A stretch of DNA of 63,909 nucleotides, the filler included, from an uncultured bacterium (GTDB lineage Bacteria; B130-G9): NCBI GenBank assembly GCA_965372715.1. It is 3 parts of 3 records of this genome, joined end to end, with 100 filler letters (N's around TTAATTAATTAA, not from the genome) between each part and the next. Parts side by side here need not be neighbours in the genome. Positions count along the whole stretch, not along the records: positions 45,655 to 63,909 come from CBDVDH010000065.1; 2 more parts are not named here. One strand, written 5' to 3'. A program made the translations under genes and the position numbers. Positions 55,778-63,909 of the stretch are shown one piece after another. Each line of letters opens with the position of its first letter. Within the stretch, counting starts at the first letter, position 1. The notes beneath the pieces are model-generated. The model searched no databases. It saw only the letters and a list, made by a program, of their open reading frames with translations, and was not told the DNA's origin.

Positions 55778-57217
55778 TTACGCGCGGCATTCTCGCCAAC
55801 GCTTGATTCGGCGATGGGCCCTTATGACAAAGGACGCCGGGTGGGTGATGTGGCGCCTGAGGCGATTGCCGAGGCTGACGTAGCGTGCGTTTGCCTTCTT
55901 TAGTCCTGCCTCGAGGTCCTCCTTGGTTAGCGACTCCGTCCTGACGACGGCGACCTTGCAGCCATCGTATTCCGAGAAGTCCTTGGAGACTAAAAAGCCC
56001 CTTCTTTCAACCTCCTTATAGAACTCCGTGCCCGGCCAGGGGGTCGCAATCGAGAATTGCAGCGAATCGGGATCGAGCGATAGAGCGAGATCGATCGTCT
56101 TGTCCATCGTCTCTTTTGTCTCGCCGGGAAGCCCGAACATGAACGTGAGGTGAACCCAGATACCCAGCTTCTTGGTGAGGCGCACCATCTCTTTGACCTT
56201 CTCGAGGTCGAGCGCCTTGCCGCAGCGGTTGAGTATCTCTTGCGAGGCGGACTCGACGCCGTATTTGAGGCCTCGCAGCCCGGCGCCTTTGAGGGCGGTG
56301 AGCAGCTCAGCGTCCATGGTGTCGGCCCTGGCCATGACCGCCCAAGGGACCTTGAGGCCGCGCCGGTCGATCTCGGCGCACATTTTGAGGATTCGCTCTT
56401 TGCCGATGTTGAACGTGTCGTCGTCGAAGAAGACGGACTTGAAGCCCTGCTGCCGGACGAGATACTCCATCTCATCGACCACTGCGACCGGGTCCCTGCT
56501 CCGATACATCTTGTTCCCATACATTATCTGCGGCCATGCGCAATAGACGCACCCATACGGGCAGCCGCGCGAGGCCCACATCTGGACACTCGGCATGGGT
56601 ATCTCGCCCGGGGTGTCGCAATAGACCCCCATCGGCAAGAAGTGCCTCGCCGGCCAGGGCAGCTCGTCTATGTTCTCGATGACCGGCCTGTCCCCCGTGA
56701 AGACCACGCCTTTGTCTGACCGATAGAGAACCCCTGCGATTTCGTCCAATGGCTGCCCAGACTGAAGCGCGTCAACGAGGTCCCGCAGCGTGTATTCATA
56801 TTCGCCCTTCATGACGAAATCCACGCAGTCGTGCTGCTCGAGAAAGCTGGGCTCGAACATGTAAGTGTGGGGACCACAGAACACGACCTTGGCGTCGGGG
56901 CAGACCTCGCGCACGTTCCTGGCGCTGGCGAGATCGACGTCTATCGATATCGTGGAGACCTCGAGGACCACTACATCGGGAGCGAATTCGTGCATCCGGC
57001 CGAAGAACTGCTCGTCGGTCATCTTCTCGGCGATGCCATCGACCAGGAGGACCTCGACGTCATCTTGGCGCTTTAGCACCGCGGCCGCATAAGCCAGGAA
57101 GAACGGGAAGGGCATATACTTGCTGCTGCATGGCTGGAAATGCGGCCACCTTGAGCCGGCTCGAACGCCGTAGAAGCCCTTCTTATACCAGGGCGAGTTG
57201 CCGAGAAAAACCCTCAA
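55778..57217 (-). CDS. B12-binding radical SAM protein (HpnJ/BchE-like)
   Basis: VRAGSRWPH, LAYAAAVL, GEYE, ASRGCPYGCVYC, FDDDTF, GVES, FMFGLPGET. Confidence 0.93.
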   Translation of the reverse strand: MRVFLGNSPWYKKGFYGVRAGSRWPHFQPCSSKYMPFPFFLAYAAAVLKRQDDVEVLLVDGIAEKMTDEQFFGRMHEFAPDVVVLEVSTISIDVDLASARNVREVCPDAKVVFCGPHTYMFEPSFLEQHDCVDFVMKGEYEYTLRDLVDALQSGQPLDEIAGVLYRSDKGVVFTGDRPVIENIDELPWPARHFLPMGVYCDTPGEIPMPSVQMWASRGCPYGCVYCAWPQIMYGNKMYRSRDPVAVVDEMEYLVRQQGFKSVFFDDDTFNIGKERILKMCAEIDRRGLKVPWAVMARADTMDAELLTALKGAGLRGLKYGVESASQEILNRCGKALDLEKVKEMVRLTKKLGIWVHLTFMFGLPGETKETMDKTIDLALSLDPDSLQFSIATPWPGTEFYKEVERRGFLVSKDFSEYDGCKVAVVRTESLTKEDLEAGLKKANARYVSLGNRLRRHITHPASFVIRAHRRIKRWRECRA

Positions 57218-57232
57218 CTAGCGCCTCCTATT

Positions 57233-57307
57233 CGGAAGGATGAAGGCGGAAGGATGAAAGGCGCTCTAATGAATGACTCATCCTTCATAATTCATAATTC
57301 AGCCTTC
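57233..57307. repeat. Short tandem/inverted heptamer repeats
   Basis: GGAAGGATGAAGGCGGAAGGATGAA ... TCATCCTTCATAATTCATAATTCAGCCTTC. Confidence 0.75.
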
Positions 57308-58793
57308 CAGAGCGGCACTCGCACGCGGCCTTTGCCTCTTTGGCTCTTCTGATTCTGCGGCGGAGCTTTTTGTAAGCGAGACGCGGATTTGCTACGTGCC
57401 TCTTGAGGCGATTGCCGAACTTGACGGACTGCTCCCTTCGCTCACGGACGTGCTTATCCCAGAGCCGGTTGGCCTTTCTCAATGCCGCCTCGAGGTCCTC
57501 CTTCTCGAGCGTGTCGGTTTTTATGACGGCGACGTTGTATCCATCATACTCAGCGAAGTTGCGGGACAGGAGATGTCCATCCTTTTCGACCTGCTTGAAG
57601 AACTTACTGCCCGGCCACGGCGTCACGATAGAGAACTGTAACGAGTCGGGGCTGAGCGAGAGCGCCAGATCGATCGTCTTGTTCATCGTCTCCTTCGTCT
57701 CGCCGTGCAGGCCGAACATGAAGGTCAGGTGCACCCAGATACCCATTCTCTTAGTCAGATGCACCATGTCCTTGACCTTCTCAAGATCGAGCGCCTTGCC
57801 GGAGCGGTCAACTATCTCCTGGGTCGCATTCTCGACGCCGAACTTGAGCGCCTCGAGCCCGGCCTTTTCGAGGGCCTTGAGCGTCTCCTCGTCCATCGTG
57901 TCGGCCCTGGCCATGATCGCCCACGGAACCTTGAGGCGCCTTGTGGCGATCTCGGAGCAAATCTTGAGTATCCGTTCTTTCCCGATGTTGAACGTATCAT
58001 CGTCGAAATAGACGGATTTGAAGCCCTGCTCCCTGACGAGGCTCTCCATCTCATCGACGACATGGACGGGATTTCGGGTGCGGTATTTCCTGCTGCCATA
58101 CATTATCTGCGGCCATGCGCAATAGACGCAGCCATAAGGGCAGCCGCGTGAGGCCCACATCTGGACGCTCGGTCTGGGTATCTCGCCCGGTGTGTCGCAG
58201 TATTTGTCCATCGGCAAGAAATGCCTCGCTGGCCAGGGAAGCTCGTCGATGTTCTCGATGAGTGGCCTGTCGCCCGTGAAGACCACCCTGCCGTTCGAGC
58301 GGAATAGGATGCCAGCTACTCCTTCTAGCAACGCTCCGCTGCTCAGCGCAGAGACGAGGTCGCGCAGCGTGTATTCGTACTCGCCCTTCACGACGAAATC
58401 CACGTCATTGCACCGCTTTAGGAACGCGGGGTCAAACATCTCGGTATGGACGCCGCAGAAGACGATCTTTGCTTGGGGACAGGCATTGCGGACACTCTTG
58501 GCGCAGAAAAGATCAACGTCTATCGATATGGTCGAGACCTCTAGCACGATAACGTCAGGCTCAAATTCGCTCGCCCGCCTCAGGAACTCGTCATCGTCAA
58601 TGCCCTCGGCTATCCCGTCAACGAGCAGAACGTCGTGCTTCTGTCGCTCGAGCACGGCCGCCGCATAGGCCAGGAAAAACGGGAACGGCATGTAGTCGGT
58701 ATCGCACCTCTCGAAATGCGGCCACCTCGAGCCAGCCCGGACGCCATAAAAACCCTCCTTTCGCCACGGCGAGTTGCCCAGGAAAACCCTCAA
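57285..58793 (-). CDS. B12-binding radical SAM protein, tandem paralog
   Basis: Same motifs; long near-identical stretches with 55778-57217. Confidence 0.93.
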   Translation of the reverse strand: MRVFLGNSPWRKEGFYGVRAGSRWPHFERCDTDYMPFPFFLAYAAAVLERQKHDVLLVDGIAEGIDDDEFLRRASEFEPDVIVLEVSTISIDVDLFCAKSVRNACPQAKIVFCGVHTEMFDPAFLKRCNDVDFVVKGEYEYTLRDLVSALSSGALLEGVAGILFRSNGRVVFTGDRPLIENIDELPWPARHFLPMDKYCDTPGEIPRPSVQMWASRGCPYGCVYCAWPQIMYGSRKYRTRNPVHVVDEMESLVREQGFKSVYFDDDTFNIGKERILKICSEIATRRLKVPWAIMARADTMDEETLKALEKAGLEALKFGVENATQEIVDRSGKALDLEKVKDMVHLTKRMGIWVHLTFMFGLHGETKETMNKTIDLALSLSPDSLQFSIVTPWPGSKFFKQVEKDGHLLSRNFAEYDGYNVAVIKTDTLEKEDLEAALRKANRLWDKHVRERREQSVKFGNRLKRHVANPRLAYKKLRRRIRRAKEAKAACECRSGRLNYEL

Positions 58794-58805
58794 TTCAAAC
58801 TCCTC

Positions 58806-59624
58806 TCATTGCATCTCAAGATGGTGCTGCTTTATGTCTTCAGACTCGCCACAGACAAACTCTTGTAGGTCGCTCGCCGCAACCGTTGGGCCCCCGAACT
58901 CACGCGAGGCCTGGGCCACGCAGTCGCTGGCGTCCGGGCTCGCGTCGGCGAAGTGCGCAAGGATCAATCTCTTGACGCCAGCCCGCCGGGCCACGATACC
59001 CGCTTCGCTGGCGGTTGAATGCCCGAATAACAAGCGGTCGTCGGCGCTCTGGGTGCAGAATGTGCTGTCGTGCAGCAAGTCATCCGCGCCCAAAGCCAAA
59101 CGGACCACGCTATCGCACGGCACCGTATCTGAAGAATACACAAGTGTCGCACCGGTCTTCTGTTCTACGAACTTCACGGCTAAAGTCTCCGGTCCGTGTT
59201 CTACGGGACTCGTCAAAATCTGCACACTGCGGCTGCTGAAAAGCAAGCGGTTTTCCTCAAGGGGGACCGGGGCCAGCGCCGCCAACGTTGACAACAGTGG
59301 CTTGGCCCAGAAGGCCGAGAGTAGGCTCAAGGCCACCTCGGCGGCTTGGGGTGGCGCGAAGATTGGCAGCGGCAGGCGCTTGCTGGCCCTGATCTTCAGG
59401 GCGTGGAGCAGAGATGGGAGCCCGTAGATGTGGTCAGGATGCTGGTGGGTAATGATGACCCCAGAAAGGTCGCTGAAGTCACAGCCCACTTTGAGCAGCT
59501 TATGAACGGGGCTCCCGCTGCAATCCACCAGGTATTGCTCGTGCCCGGCCTTGACCAGCAGCGACAGGTTGTCTCTATCTCGTGTGGCCACGGCGGCGGA
59601 GGTCCCCAGTGTCCAAAATCTCAT
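58806..59624 (-). CDS. rnz: Ribonuclease Z-like metallo-beta-lactamase
   Basis: LGTSAA, LVDC, THQHPDHIYG, YSSDT, LHDST, GHST, LILAH. Confidence 0.82.
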   Translation of the reverse strand: MRFWTLGTSAAVATRDRDNLSLLVKAGHEQYLVDCSGSPVHKLLKVGCDFSDLSGVIITHQHPDHIYGLPSLLHALKIRASKRLPLPIFAPPQAAEVALSLLSAFWAKPLLSTLAALAPVPLEENRLLFSSRSVQILTSPVEHGPETLAVKFVEQKTGATLVYSSDTVPCDSVVRLALGADDLLHDSTFCTQSADDRLLFGHSTASEAGIVARRAGVKRLILAHFADASPDASDCVAQASREFGGPTVAASDLQEFVCGESEDIKQHHLEMQ

Positions 59625-59811
59625 AGCACTCCCTTATAGAATAATGCTTGCCCGTTTTAAGACTCGCCTTCTGCATGTTCGACGTAAGAATGCGGCACAA
59701 AGGGATCGGCCAGTGTGCGCAGGCCTCCCAGCACGCCTAGTTCACTCTTCGATGCCGCGTCCAGTCAGACTGTGCTGGCATCCATCTGAGTATTGCGCGC
59801 CGGTCCCCAAG

Positions 59812-59839
59812 ACAAAGAGGCGCCCCGGGCGGGCGCCTC
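59812..59839 (-). terminator. Probable terminator after the winged-helix/TM gene
   Basis: GAGGCGCCC-loop-GGGCGCCTC followed by TTTGTCTT on the minus strand. Confidence 0.55.
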
Positions 59840-59877
59840 ACGGCTTTACGTTGTAATTGATGACGGTCAGGAGGTTG

Positions 59878-61074
59878 TTATTTCGGCACGGTCCTCACGT
59901 ATTCGGCCTTCAGCTGCTGTATCAGGGCACTGATTGCGGTCTTGGTCTCCGCTAGCTGCGTGAGCGTTGTCTCGTCGTTCGTCATTCTAGCCAGACCGTC
60001 CAGATTGACCAGCGTCGCCTCCAGACTGGTTATCTGCTGGTTGAAGAACGTGTTAAGCACCTTCATATCGGCCGTCTTGATCTTCGTGTTCACATCGATG
60101 TACATCGCGCTGATCGATTTGTCGATCGCCTTGGTCTTCTGCTCGAAGTTCTGCTTCAACGTCGCAAGCTTGTTCCGCGTTGCGGAATCGTCTCCCCAGA
60201 CGCTCAACCACAAGATGATCGAGACGATTGCGAGAATAAAGGCAAGCCAGGCGATTCCTTTACCAGTCCTGACCTTCTCGGGACGACGGTAAGCGGGTCT
60301 GACGGCCGGCTTTGGCGGAACCTCCGGCGGTTCTTTCTTCCCCGGTTCCTTCTTTGCCTGCGGCCTCGCAGTAGGCGTTTCGGGCGCCGCTGCCTTCTTG
60401 GCCGGCTCGGCAGCCGGCTTTCCGGTCAGAAGATAGACGTCGTTGACCTTCTTGATCACACCTGAATCCACATGAGGCTTGAGCGCTGCCGCGAGTTTCT
60501 GGCGTGAGTGTTTGGTCTTGGCCGCAATATCCGTGATCTTCATCCCCTTCGGTGCGGCCTTCAGAAGCGCCTGCGCATCCTTGAATATCTTGTCGCGCTC
60601 CATCGCGGGCGTCGCAACCTTCGCATCCTTGCTGCAATACACAACCCTGTCCTCGACCTCAACCTTCTTGATCTCGCCGGCTTTGAGAAGGTCCGAAGCG
60701 ACGAAAGTCAGCTTTGAGGTCGAGATATCGAGTGCTTTTGCCAGGTCCACAGTCCGCAGCCCCTGGGGCACCTTGCTGAGCTTGTCAACAACCGCTGCCC
60801 TGATCTTGCTGGCCTCGGCAGGGGTTACTCGCGACTTTTTCTTGCTGACAGGCTTCGCCATGGTTTTCTTGGCTACCACTGGTGACATCTTGGCTGCGAC
60901 CGGCGGTTGCTTGCTGGCCCCGAGTGGCGTGGGTCTAGCCGCCGGCGCCGTAGGCTTCGTGGCGCCCGCAGCATCGCCCTTGAGTGCGCCACCAAACGGA
61001 CCCGGGGACACTGCCGGTTTCTCGGCCGGCTTGACCGGCGCCGGGCCCTTCTGGTTCAACGGTTTGCTCTCCAT
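59878..61074 (-). CDS. Membrane-anchored protein: Ala/Pro/Lys-rich linkers, two winged-helix-like domains, one TM helix, C-terminal coiled coil
   Basis: GGAGGAG RBS; GLRTVDLAKALDIS...LLKAGEIKK and GMKITDIAAKT...VDSGVIKK; TM GIAWLAFILAIVSIILWLSVWG. Confidence 0.8.
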   Translation of the reverse strand: MESKPLNQKGPAPVKPAEKPAVSPGPFGGALKGDAAGATKPTAPAARPTPLGASKQPPVAAKMSPVVAKKTMAKPVSKKKSRVTPAEASKIRAAVVDKLSKVPQGLRTVDLAKALDISTSKLTFVASDLLKAGEIKKVEVEDRVVYCSKDAKVATPAMERDKIFKDAQALLKAAPKGMKITDIAAKTKHSRQKLAAALKPHVDSGVIKKVNDVYLLTGKPAAEPAKKAAAPETPTARPQAKKEPGKKEPPEVPPKPAVRPAYRRPEKVRTGKGIAWLAFILAIVSIILWLSVWGDDSATRNKLATLKQNFEQKTKAIDKSISAMYIDVNTKIKTADMKVLNTFFNQQITSLEATLVNLDGLARMTNDETTLTQLAETKTAISALIQQLKAEYVRTVPK

Positions 61075-61232
61075 GAGTTCTCCTCCATATTAGGTTATGA
61101 TCTCTTGCGACCCCATACTTCTCGGTTGGGATTTGTGGAATCTTAGTCAGTGGGTCGCGGGGGGTCAAGTAGAATCTTTCCGCCGCGTTCGACTCGCAGA
61201 TTCTATGCCCATTTGCTTGCAGTATCCCGGCC

Positions 61233-61496
61233 GAGGCTGTGCCGTAAGCGTGTGCGGGGCAATGTAGGGGCGGCGTCTCAGACCCGCCCGCTCTGATTGA
61301 TTGTCATATTAAATGCGCCATATTCGATAGATCCATAAACGGGCGGGTCTGAGACACCGCCCCTACAAGCCGATTCCTACGATCATCTCGCAAATGAACG
61401 CCACATCGTTAATGTTGAAAACCAGCCCAATCTGATGCATCATCGCTCTGCAAATGAACAACGAAATCGTCACCCCTGGACTTATGGCACAGCCTC
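61233..61496. mobile_element. MITE with 16-bp TIRs and possible GGCC target duplication, carrying a REP doublet (61264-61366)
   Basis: GAGGCTGTGCCGTAAG / CTTATGGCACAGCCTC (one mismatch); GGCC on both flanks. Confidence 0.72.
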
Positions 61497-61532
61497 GGCC
61501 GGATTGTCCCTCAAGAACGGCAGAGAAGCCAT

Positions 61533-61555
61533 GTAGAGGCGGCTCACGAGCCGCC
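61533..61555. repeat. GTAG-type REP
   Basis: GTAGAGGCGGCTCACGAGCCGCC, same type as 7267. Confidence 0.75.
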
Positions 61556-61634
61556 TGGGCGGCATCCTACGCGAAATCACGACCCGGGCTCCACAGACCG
61601 TGCCGCTGCGCACCATAGAACAGCATGAATCCGG

Positions 61635-62831
61635 TCAATCGGAACCGGGCGCGGCGTGCACCGAGTCAAGGAACCGGCTGACAGCCGCGGCAGCCCTCTT
61701 AGATGCCCCCTTTTGGCCCAATAGGTCAGTTATCTTTAGGAGCTCGGCCTTCTGCTTCATCTGCGACTCGGTGTCTTGCAGGAGGGACACCAACTCCCGC
61801 GCCATTCTGTCTGGCCTCAGGTCGTTTTGTATGAGTTCAGGCACGACCTCCTTGCCCGCGATAATGTTAGGGAGCGCAACGCGATCGACCCTGATAAGCA
61901 ACTTCCCTAGCAGGTATGTCGCCAAAGATACTCTGTATCCCACTATCATTGGCACGCCGAGAATGGCAGTCTCGAGCGTGGCGGTCCCCGAAGCCACAAG
62001 GGCCACATCGGAGGCGTTGAGAGCGTTGTAGGTTTGGCCCTGCACCACCATGACGCCCGGGTATTGAGCGAGCATCCCGGCCACAGAATCACGATCGATC
62101 GTTTCGGCCAGCGCAAGCACCGTCTGGGGCGCTTCCGAGTGGACCATGGCCGAGGCCTGCCTACTAGCTTCGAGAAAGGTCGGCAGGAGGTTCTCGATCT
62201 CGCTCGTTCGGCTTCCGGGCAACAGAACAACTACCTGTTTTCCGGGGTCAAGCCCCAGCCCACGGATGAAGGCATCCCTATCCAAATCGGGCTTTACCGT
62301 GTCCAGAAGCGGATGCCCAACGAACTCGACATTCAGCCCGACCTCCTCGTAAAGCTGCTTCTCGAAACGGAAAAGAACAAGCATCTTGTTGACGAGGCGC
62401 GCGATTTTCTTGATGCGTCCCGGGCGCCATGCCCATACCTGGGGGCTGATGTAGTAGAGAACTGGGATGCCGCATCTGCGAGCCCGTGCGGCGAGTCTTA
62501 GATTGAATTCAGGATAGTCAACGAAAATCGACGCCGCGATCTTGCCGGACCCCATCAGACGGCTTGCTTCTCTGTAAGCCGTGAGTATGCGAGCTGACTT
62601 CCTGAAGACCTCGGATACCCCCACGACGCCGAGCTCCCTCGCGTGGGCGATCAGGTCAACGCCCTGAGCCCGCATGCTCTCCCCACCGATTCCGACAAAG
62701 GACAGCTCCGGGCGAAGGATTCTCAATTCCCCAAGCAGTGAGGCGCAATGAAGGTCGCTTGACGCCTCGCCCGCAACCACTAGGATCCGGGCGGGATGTG
62801 TTTCGTGGGAGTGCGGCCCAGGACTAGCCAT
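61635..62831 (-). CDS. lpxB: Lipid-A-disaccharide synthase
   Basis: VAGEASSDLH, VDYPEFNL, YYISPQVWAWR, FVGHPL, LLPGSR.SEI, ASGTATLE, LPNII...VVPELIQ. Confidence 0.96.
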   Translation of the reverse strand: MASPGPHSHETHPARILVVAGEASSDLHCASLLGELRILRPELSFVGIGGESMRAQGVDLIAHARELGVVGVSEVFRKSARILTAYREASRLMGSGKIAASIFVDYPEFNLRLAARARRCGIPVLYYISPQVWAWRPGRIKKIARLVNKMLVLFRFEKQLYEEVGLNVEFVGHPLLDTVKPDLDRDAFIRGLGLDPGKQVVVLLPGSRTSEIENLLPTFLEASRQASAMVHSEAPQTVLALAETIDRDSVAGMLAQYPGVMVVQGQTYNALNASDVALVASGTATLETAILGVPMIVGYRVSLATYLLGKLLIRVDRVALPNIIAGKEVVPELIQNDLRPDRMARELVSLLQDTESQMKQKAELLKITDLLGQKGASKRAAAAVSRFLDSVHAAPGSD

Positions 62832-63813
62832 CGGTGTTTTTCGCGTAGAGTTTGAAGTGGCTGTCGATGGACTCCTTGATCTGGAACGCCCACGTGAGCG
62901 CCCTGAGCCCGTCGGCGCCCGAAACGACGACGGGCGTGTCGTCTGCGACCGAGCTTGTGAAGGCCTCGAGCTCAGCCCTGAGCGGTTCAAACTCGACCAC
63001 TCGGACGGGCAGTCTCTTGATATAGCGTGCGATGCGCAGCGCGGTCAGCGGCTTTCTGGGGTCGGGTTCTCCGGCCTTTCGATACATCTTGACCTTATGC
63101 GTGAGCAGGTTCACCGAGATGTAAGTGTCCGGCTGAAAGAGCCTTATCTTCCGCATCTTCGAGACGCTTATCCTGCTAGCCACGAGGTTCGCAACGGAGC
63201 CGTTCGGAAACTCAAGTCGAGCGTTTGCTATATCGACGGTATTTGACAAAACGGAAACGCCGACTGCAGAAATCGATGATGGCTCGGCGTTGAAGCAGCT
63301 GGCCACGAGATCGATGTCATGGATCATGAGGTCCAGAACCACATCAACGTCGAGGCCCCGACCGGCGGACCGCGTGAGCCTATGCGTCTCGATGAACTTA
63401 GGCCCCTCGATGAACTTGGTAACAGCCGCAAACGCTGGGTTGAATCGTTCCGAGTGCCCGACCTGCAACTTGGCGCCGGAGGCCTCCGCGAGAGCCACCA
63501 TCGCCCGGGCGCCTTCGAGCGTGTCCGCAATCGGCTTTTCGACGAGCACGGCCTTGCCGGAGCGCAGATACTCGCCTGCGACCTCGAGGTGTGTCTGGGT
63601 GGGGGTTGCCACGACGACTGCATCAACCGCCTCAGCCAGGTCCTCGTTCCGGCCAAACACGCGGCAGTGGTTATTCCTGGCCGCCTTCTCTGCCGCTGCC
63701 TCGTCAATATCGTGAACGCCCACTAGCTCGGCCCCTCGGAGGTCGCTCAGTATCCTCGCGTGGTGGGAACCCAGATACCCGACGCCAACAACACCGATTT
63801 TTATGTCAGACAC
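62824..63813 (-). CDS. Gfo/Idh/MocA oxidoreductase (GnnA-like UDP-GlcNAc 3-dehydrogenase)
   Basis: GVVGVGYLG.HHAR, VEKP, VGH.ERFNP, DVVLDLMIHDID, DIANARL.F.NG..ANL.ASR.S; overlaps the lpxB start. Confidence 0.88.
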   Translation of the reverse strand: MSDIKIGVVGVGYLGSHHARILSDLRGAELVGVHDIDEAAAEKAARNNHCRVFGRNEDLAEAVDAVVVATPTQTHLEVAGEYLRSGKAVLVEKPIADTLEGARAMVALAEASGAKLQVGHSERFNPAFAAVTKFIEGPKFIETHRLTRSAGRGLDVDVVLDLMIHDIDLVASCFNAEPSSISAVGVSVLSNTVDIANARLEFPNGSVANLVASRISVSKMRKIRLFQPDTYISVNLLTHKVKMYRKAGEPDPRKPLTALRIARYIKRLPVRVVEFEPLRAELEAFTSSVADDTPVVVSGADGLRALTWAFQIKESIDSHFKLYAKNTDG

Positions 63814-63827
63814 GTTAGCTGCCTTGT

Positions 63828-63886
63828 GTAGGGGCGGTGCTTGCCCCGCCCATCTCTGATGTGACCCAACGGATCAAGGGCGGAGC
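63828..63886. repeat. GTAG-type REP (degenerate doublet)
   Basis: GTAGGGGCGGTGCTTGCCCCGCC ... AGGGCGGAGC. Confidence 0.75.
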
Positions 63887-63909
63887 CCGCGCCGCCCCGA
63901 CAGCCCCGC

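Overview
Concatenated draft/MAG sequence from a GC-rich diderm bacterium, probably anaerobic and uncultured (lpxB, Hdr/Mvh-type Fe-S proteins). Three contigs are joined by two artificial 100-nt N linkers containing TTAATTAATTAA (23248-23347, 45555-45654). Housekeeping genes: nth, asnB, ruvB, queH, pcm, hsp20, wzm/wzt, archease, rplU-rpmA-obgE-nadD-rsfS, an RND pump, ihfA-merR, serS, lrp-lat, rnz and lpxB with a GnnA-like gene. A REP-associated tyrosine transposase (RAYT) is present with many dispersed REP/MITE-like palindromes. Best leads: (1) a ~120-aa Ig-like domain present six times in five secreted proteins, a candidate sorting/anchoring domain; (2) a secreted BNR propeller gene interrupted by one in-frame TGA followed by a SECIS-like hairpin; (3) a RAYT flanked by a 163-bp duplication of the ruvB promoter and 5' end and apparently translationally coupled to the ruvB fragment; (4) a Na+/solute symporter + sigma54-like AAA+ + PLP-enzyme cassette; (5) an HdrL/MvhD-HdrD module coupled to an amino-acid dehydrogenase; (6) a membrane-anchored tandem winged-helix protein. 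No rRNA, tRNA or CRISPR array was recognised. All calls are from reading by eye; no searches were run.
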